The notes below the pieces were generated by a model. It did not search any database, had not been told where the DNA came from, and saw only the letters and a program-made list of their open reading frames with translations. DNA of 64,000 nucleotides, from NCBI GenBank assembly GCA_013001045.1, contig JABDNG010000068.1:7789-71788 (forward strand), in the 5' to 3' direction. The DNA comes from Woeseiaceae bacterium (lineage in GTDB: Bacteria > Pseudomonadota > Gammaproteobacteria > Steroidobacterales > Woeseiaceae). Positions 59,431 to 64,000 of the stretch are shown here, piece by piece. Both the position numbers and the translations under genes were made by a program. The number at the start of each line of letters is the position of its first letter. Position 1 is the stretch's first letter.

Positions 59431-61620
59431 ATGAGCTTCGAGAATTCCTACGATCAGACGCATTGGGCCCCGGTAAAGCGGCGTGGCCCGCTGCCGACGT
59501 TCTATTACCACGAGCATTTCATGGAAATGCTCGAATTCGTCTCGAAACACTATTCGCATGTACTGCCGAAGCAGCATGCCGACCTGATCTGTCAGTTTCG
59601 AGCCTTGCCACGTCCCGCGCAGTGCCTCTATGTGCGCCTCGTCAATCGCAAAGGCAGGATCTTCGCCGCAAACAAGTTGCGATACCCGGAGCTCGGCGAT
59701 ACGCGATCCGTAGTGCGCAATCTGACTAACGAGGGCTGGGCGGGTGCTCCCCAGGAGCAGCACTATCTGCACGTGTTAAGCCACCTGACCAAGTCAGAAA
59801 TCAGTCGCGTTTTACTACCCATGTACACCGGCATGAGCCGGTCGCTCAAGAAGGACGAGCTGGTCAGATTTGCGAGGGAGCACTGCTCTGCGAGCGAGTT
59901 CATGGCAAGGCTGAATACCGATCGTCTGCTGGTTCAGCGTCGTGTCGACGAAATTCGCTATGTGTTATTCCTGTATTTCGGTCGGGTACAGGATGGGCTT
60001 TCTCAGTTCACAATGCGCGATCTGGGTCTGGTGCGTACCCAGGACTTCGGTGAAAACTACGAGCCGCGTTATTCAGACCGGGTCGAAGCGCAACAAAACT
60101 ACTTTTATTTGCTGCAGCTGCATCGATTGAATTCGGCTGACGCAGCGGGCCTGGCGAGGCTGGCCGACGACACCTCGAACTGGCCCGAACCGGACTTTGC
60201 GAGCAGCGCAAGCGCCAGGGACAAGCTTGCATATGCACTGGGTCGTAAGCTGGAGCGTTCTGGTGATTTGCCCGCTGCGCGGCCGGTATACGCGCTTGGC
60301 GAGTGTGCCAGATGCTCAGAACGCCTTGTTCGAGTCTTGTTGGCGCTTGATGAGCGCGGCGACGCGGAACAGCTCCTCCTGCGTTGCATTGAGAATCCGC
60401 GCAGTGAGGACGAGGCCATCATGGCCGAGGACTTGTATGCCCGAAAATTTCAGAAGAAACGCACGTCGACGCGCACAGACGAATTGCGGGCATCGGAGAC
60501 TATCGATATTGATGAGGCCAACAGCGGTTCGCCCGAGCGTGCGGCTATTGACTACTTCACGCGGCAGGGACTTACGGCTTATCGCACCGAGAATCTGTTT
60601 TGGCGAACCTATTTTGGTCTTCTGTTCTGGGATGATTTGTTTGCTGATGACAATGCGACACTGCATTCACCATTTGACTTTCTGCCATCGTCACTGGCCG
60701 ATGGCACCTTCTACACTCACAACGCGGAGCGGGTCGAGAGTCGTCTGGCCATCCTCGACGAGCCGCGGCTGTTGAAGAGGGAACTGCTCAGGGCAAGCAC
60801 CGCCAACTATGGCAAGGCCAATGGCGTGTTTCGCTGGCGCCGATCGATACTGGATGCGCTGTTCGCGTTTATTGACCATGCGGCGCAAGAGCCAAGCCGG
60901 CGCATGCTGCGTCGACTGAGCCAGGCGTATAAAGACGCGCGCTACGGCTATCCCGACCTGTTGGTCCTTGATAAGGATGGCGCGCGCTTCGTAGAGATAA
61001 AGGCTGAGGGCGACCAGCTGCGGCAAAACCAGTTGCTGCGTCAGCAACAGCTTCGCGATGCCGGGTTCCGTGCTGACGTGGTCCGTATACGTTGGATTCT
61101 TGATCCAAACCAGGCGTACGTAGTTGTTGACGTAGAGACAACCGGGGGGCGCGGCGACCAGCATCGTGTCACGGAAATTGGTGCTGTAAAGGTGATCAAC
61201 GGCGAGGTCGTCGACCGTTTCCAGACTTTATTGAATCCGCAGCGAGTAATACCCAGCGGCATTACGCGCCTGACCGGCATTTCGGCAGAGATGGTTGCCG
61301 ACGCGCCGCTGTTCTCGGATATGGCCGATGATTTCGCGGCCTTGATGCAGGACGCTATCTTCGTCGCCCACAACGTAGACTTCGACTATGGCTTTATCGC
61401 GCGTGAGTTCAAGCGGCTCGGCAGGCCTTTTCGCCACCCAAAGCTTTGCACCTGTTCATCGATGCGCAAGCTATACCCCGGACACAAGTCCTATAGCCTC
61501 GCAGCGCTATGCGAAAACTATGGAATAGCGCTGCGGCAGCACCACCGTGCGCTCTGCGATGCCGAGGCAGCCGCAGAGCTATTGTTATTGATCAACGAAA
61601 AACGCGCAGCGCCATGCTGA
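59431..61620 (+). CDS. FAN1-like VRR-NUC nuclease fused to a DEDDh (DnaQ-like) 3'-5' exonuclease
   Basis: FAN1-like N-terminus (YYH.HF, L.VRL..RKG), PD-(D/E)XK motif G.PDL...VEIK...D.L..NQ, then DVETTG, AHN.DFD and HRAL.DA. Confidence 0.85.
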   Translation: MSFENSYDQTHWAPVKRRGPLPTFYYHEHFMEMLEFVSKHYSHVLPKQHADLICQFRALPRPAQCLYVRLVNRKGRIFAANKLRYPELGDTRSVVRNLTNEGWAGAPQEQHYLHVLSHLTKSEISRVLLPMYTGMSRSLKKDELVRFAREHCSASEFMARLNTDRLLVQRRVDEIRYVLFLYFGRVQDGLSQFTMRDLGLVRTQDFGENYEPRYSDRVEAQQNYFYLLQLHRLNSADAAGLARLADDTSNWPEPDFASSASARDKLAYALGRKLERSGDLPAARPVYALGECARCSERLVRVLLALDERGDAEQLLLRCIENPRSEDEAIMAEDLYARKFQKKRTSTRTDELRASETIDIDEANSGSPERAAIDYFTRQGLTAYRTENLFWRTYFGLLFWDDLFADDNATLHSPFDFLPSSLADGTFYTHNAERVESRLAILDEPRLLKRELLRASTANYGKANGVFRWRRSILDALFAFIDHAAQEPSRRMLRRLSQAYKDARYGYPDLLVLDKDGARFVEIKAEGDQLRQNQLLRQQQLRDAGFRADVVRIRWILDPNQAYVVVDVETTGGRGDQHRVTEIGAVKVINGEVVDRFQTLLNPQRVIPSGITRLTGISAEMVADAPLFSDMADDFAALMQDAIFVAHNVDFDYGFIAREFKRLGRPFRHPKLCTCSSMRKLYPGHKSYSLAALCENYGIALRQHHRALCDAEAAAELLLLINEKRAAPC

Positions 61621-61623
61621 TTT

Positions 61624-62064
61624 CTAGCCGGGCTTGGGCGCGTATACCGTGCACCAACCCGTTCCCTTAACCGCTTTGCCAGGAAAGATCGAACATCCAG
61701 CCCACTCGTCGCTCGCCTTGCCCAGGTAAAGCGCGCAGTTTGAACAGGCCTGGCCGGCTTTGAAAAGCGGCTGCTTGGCGCCGTCGATACTGGCTGCATC
61801 GTGAACGTAGTTTAGTGATTTTGCCAGCGCATTGTCCTCACTGATCTGCGGCATACCGCTGGGCTTGGTGGGCGCAGCTTCTTCCGTCACCTTCGGCGCG
61901 TCCATCGCAGGCTTAGCATCAGTTTTGGGTGCAGCAGCAGCGGGTGCCTTGTCCTCGCCGCCAGAGCATGCGCTCAGACCCATGATGGGCATCAAAACAG
62001 CGCCACCACCGACAAGCTTCAGGAAACGACGACGTTGTTCTGTAATTTTGCGATCTTTCGACAT
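61624..62064 (-). CDS. HiPIP, Tat lipoprotein with Pro/Ala linker
   Basis: RRRFLK, LSAC lipobox, CSNC...C.IFPGK.V...GWC. Confidence 0.85.
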   Translation of the reverse strand: MSKDRKITEQRRRFLKLVGGGAVLMPIMGLSACSGGEDKAPAAAAPKTDAKPAMDAPKVTEEAAPTKPSGMPQISEDNALAKSLNYVHDAASIDGAKQPLFKAGQACSNCALYLGKASDEWAGCSIFPGKAVKGTGWCTVYAPKPG

Positions 62065-62441
62065 TTCTTTCTCCCGGTTTGCGCAGCCTGCGCGAAAAGC
62101 AGGCTGAAAGTGAATTTTGGGAAAGAGCTGTATGAATTGCAAGGTCTCAACTCTACTTGGCGCGGTAACGGACTCCTGCTCTTCCTCTCACTGAAAAAAT
62201 ACGCTTCGTCAGTGTAGAGCATCGCGATGCTGTCAAGGTGAGGAGGAGTCCATTCCATTGCTTGCGGCCGTAAGCCTTCGGACTTCTTAGCTTTTTTCGT
62301 AATGCCAATTAGGCCATGTAACATGGCATTATGGTATTGATTCCAACAAAGACTTGGGTGCGAATGTGACCTGGAAGGCATTATTCATACCTGATTTTTA
62401 GGCTCTCTAATAGTAGTTGGACCTTATTGAAGGAATTTGAG

Positions 62442-63005
62442 ATGTCTACGCGATTGTTTTCGTTCATCGGTGGCGACACAGGCCAATGGCGTGTCGCTAA
62501 AATCGAAGCAATAGTCGGGGAATCGCTGTCTGATGCTAGAAAGCTGGATATAGCTCCTGGTGCCGGAAGCTCATCCGATCCACGGGCGGCTTGGGTGCTG
62601 CGCGGAATAACCAGCAATGAACGCTATGTTGTTCGCGAGGAAAGGAACCAAATCGTGGCCAAACTGCTGGATCTAGGGCGGCCCGAAGCGACCTGCGCTG
62701 CGCTGATTTCAATACGAAAGAATGACGCTTGGTGGACGCTCACTCAGGACGAACGCCTGAATATTTTTCGAGAGCAGTCTAACCACACAAAAATCGGGCT
62801 TCAGTATTATCCTGAGTTAGCACGAAGACTTCATCACTGTCGAGATCTCTCGGAAAGTGAGCCATTCGATTTCCTTACCTGGTTCGAATATGAGCCCGCC
62901 GAAGAAGGGAGATTCAACAAACTGCTCGCCGCGTTGCGTGCAATCAAAGAGTGGAAATATGTTGAGCGAGAAGTTGACATTCGCCTTGTGCGCGAGGAAG
63001 TCTAA
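62442..63005 (+). CDS. cld: Chlorite dismutase, short (clade 2-like)
   Basis: LRG.TSN.RY, IRK..AWW.L..DER, H...G..Y, ARRLHH.RD, FDFLTWFEY and EW.YVERE motifs. Confidence 0.85.
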   Translation: MSTRLFSFIGGDTGQWRVAKIEAIVGESLSDARKLDIAPGAGSSSDPRAAWVLRGITSNERYVVREERNQIVAKLLDLGRPEATCAALISIRKNDAWWTLTQDERLNIFREQSNHTKIGLQYYPELARRLHHCRDLSESEPFDFLTWFEYEPAEEGRFNKLLAALRAIKEWKYVEREVDIRLVREEV

Positions 63006-63030
63006 CCACTCTCTGCAACGGACGACCATT
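63000..63030 (+). other. Truncated integron attC-like left half
   Basis: GTCTAAC (RYYYAAC inverse core) overlaps the cld stop and is followed by CACTCTCTGCAACGGAC. No matching GTTRRRY right end. Confidence 0.55.
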
Positions 63031-63061
63031 GGCGTCCGCTATGCGCTTAACAGCCGCCGTT
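63031..63061. repeat. Palindromic repeat, single copy (8)
   Basis: GGCGTCCGCT-ATGCGCTTAAC-AGCCGCCGTT. Confidence 0.72.
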
Positions 63062-63202
63062 CGCGGCGCCAAGAATAGCGCCAGGGCGCTGTAGCCCAGA
63101 ATCGTCCAAGCAAGACCATTTTTTTCTTGCTCGCGCGAAGTTCGGCCTGTAAAACTATCGTACCGGCGGGCCTGCCGCCTGAACATGACGAAAGGAATGC
63201 TC

Positions 63203-63568
63203 ATGAAAAAAGCAATAAACGAACTACCGACTCGTCTCGACGCTGGCGGTGTCTGCTTTCAAGGCCAGGACTGGGGCAATATTAACGTCGCGCGTGTCCG
63301 GTTCCCTGCAGGGGCAGACGCTACTCCACTGCTCGAGGGAATGCCGGACAATCTCTGCCAGTGCCCGCACTGGGGAACCGTGGTCAAAGGCTCCATCCAT
63401 GTGACCTATGCGGACGGCACTGAAGAGACGGTAAGCGCCGGCGAGGTTTATTATTGGCCGCCAGGGCACACGGTCAGGGTTGACGAGGACTACGAGGCAA
63501 TCGAGTTCAGTCCGAGCGACCAGATGAGTGAGCTTATGGATCACCTTGAATCCAAGCTGAAAGGCTGA
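63203..63568 (+). CDS. Cupin domain protein
   Basis: CQCPHWG.V..G...V.Y.DG.EE and YYWPPGH motifs. Confidence 0.82.
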   Translation: MKKAINELPTRLDAGGVCFQGQDWGNINVARVRFPAGADATPLLEGMPDNLCQCPHWGTVVKGSIHVTYADGTEETVSAGEVYYWPPGHTVRVDEDYEAIEFSPSDQMSELMDHLESKLKG

Positions 63569-63643
63569 GCGGGCCCAATACCAGCAAGCATCACAAAATA
63601 TGCTTTTGCGGCCTGTCAAATGGCTGACGTTTTTGGCGTATTG

Positions 63644-63760
63644 AACGACCGCTTCCAGTGAGAGCGGTTGTTGGTACCTGGTCGACCGACATCCAATTTA
63701 GAAAGCGGCCGTCAGGTCAGAATGGCTGAAAGGGGTTGCTACTGACCCAAAGCAGACATC
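63644..63760. repeat. Palindromic repeat cluster 9
   Basis: 63644 AACGACCGCT-TCCAGTGAG-AGCGGTTGTT; right arm AGCGGCCGTC 63704-63713; 17-bp spacer; 63731 AGGGGTTGCT-ACTGACCCAA-AGCAGACATC. Confidence 0.8.
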
Positions 63761-63919
63761 TCAGTCGAAAAACTATTTTCTCGACAAGACGGCAAGCTAG
63801 GGACTAAGAATCGCCTAAACGGTTGCATCCAACCGTCCCGCCTGGTGCATATTGTTCGTATTACACGAATTGACGCGCCAGGATACTCCTTGGCACTGAC
63901 CACGTATTAGAGTGCAAGC

Positions 63920-64000
63920 ATGGCAAGCGATGACATCCGTTGGTTTACTGTTTTATGGCGGTTGGGGCTCTTTGTTCTGATTTTCGCAATTTTAAGCGGA
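63920..64000 (+). CDS. Possible start of a membrane or exported protein (3'-truncated)
   Basis: ATG...MASDDIRWFTVLWRLGLFVLIFAILSG, open to the window end, downstream of cluster 9. Confidence 0.4.
   Translation, partial: MASDDIRWFTVLWRLGLFVLIFAILSG

Noticed and set aside
62253..62282. Possible extra repeat copy TTCCATTGCT-TGCGGCCGTA-AGCCTTCGGA
   Set aside because: Loop resembles the TGGCCG class, but both arms are too degenerate to count.
51675..63760. CRISPR array interpretation of the repeat/spacer clusters
   Set aside because: Repeats are highly degenerate, there are only 1-3 per cluster, 17-bp spacers are too short, and no cas genes are in the window.
51675..63760. Classical integron/CALIN interpretation
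   Set aside because: No intI and no complete RYYYAAC...GTTRRRY attC site was found; only one convincing half-site (63000).
53898..63760. Repeats as Rho-independent terminators
   Set aside because: Arms pair imperfectly, T-tracts are absent, and the fixed 17-bp spacing and loop classes are not explained.

Overview
GC-rich bacterial chromosome segment. Gene content suggests a gammaproteobacterium, possibly Woeseiaceae-like; that is inference only. Positions 1-51.2 kb are dense, ordinary metabolism: purine catabolism (xdhC-puuD-puuE-uraD-alc-allA-guaD), two divergent phosphoribosyltransferase paralogues plus a LOG protein, a diguanylate cyclase, pcaF, a hut histidine operon with its HutC operator, an NAD-dependent formate dehydrogenase, a HiPIP, an aminotransferase and a MoxR/VWA/Bat operon. 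From about 51.6 kb to the end the character changes. Unrelated single genes of mixed composition are separated by clusters of a degenerate ~30-bp palindrome (AAYGDCNGCT-N9-11-AGCNGMCRTT). Adjacent copies are repeatedly spaced by exactly 17 bp, and their loop types recur in a preferred order. One copy is fused to what looks like the left half of an integron attC site. One module carries its own c-di-GMP-I riboswitch. This looks like a non-integron gene-cassette array, and no recombinase is visible in the window. It is the strongest candidate for an undescribed system. All calls come from motif recognition by eye; no database searches were run.
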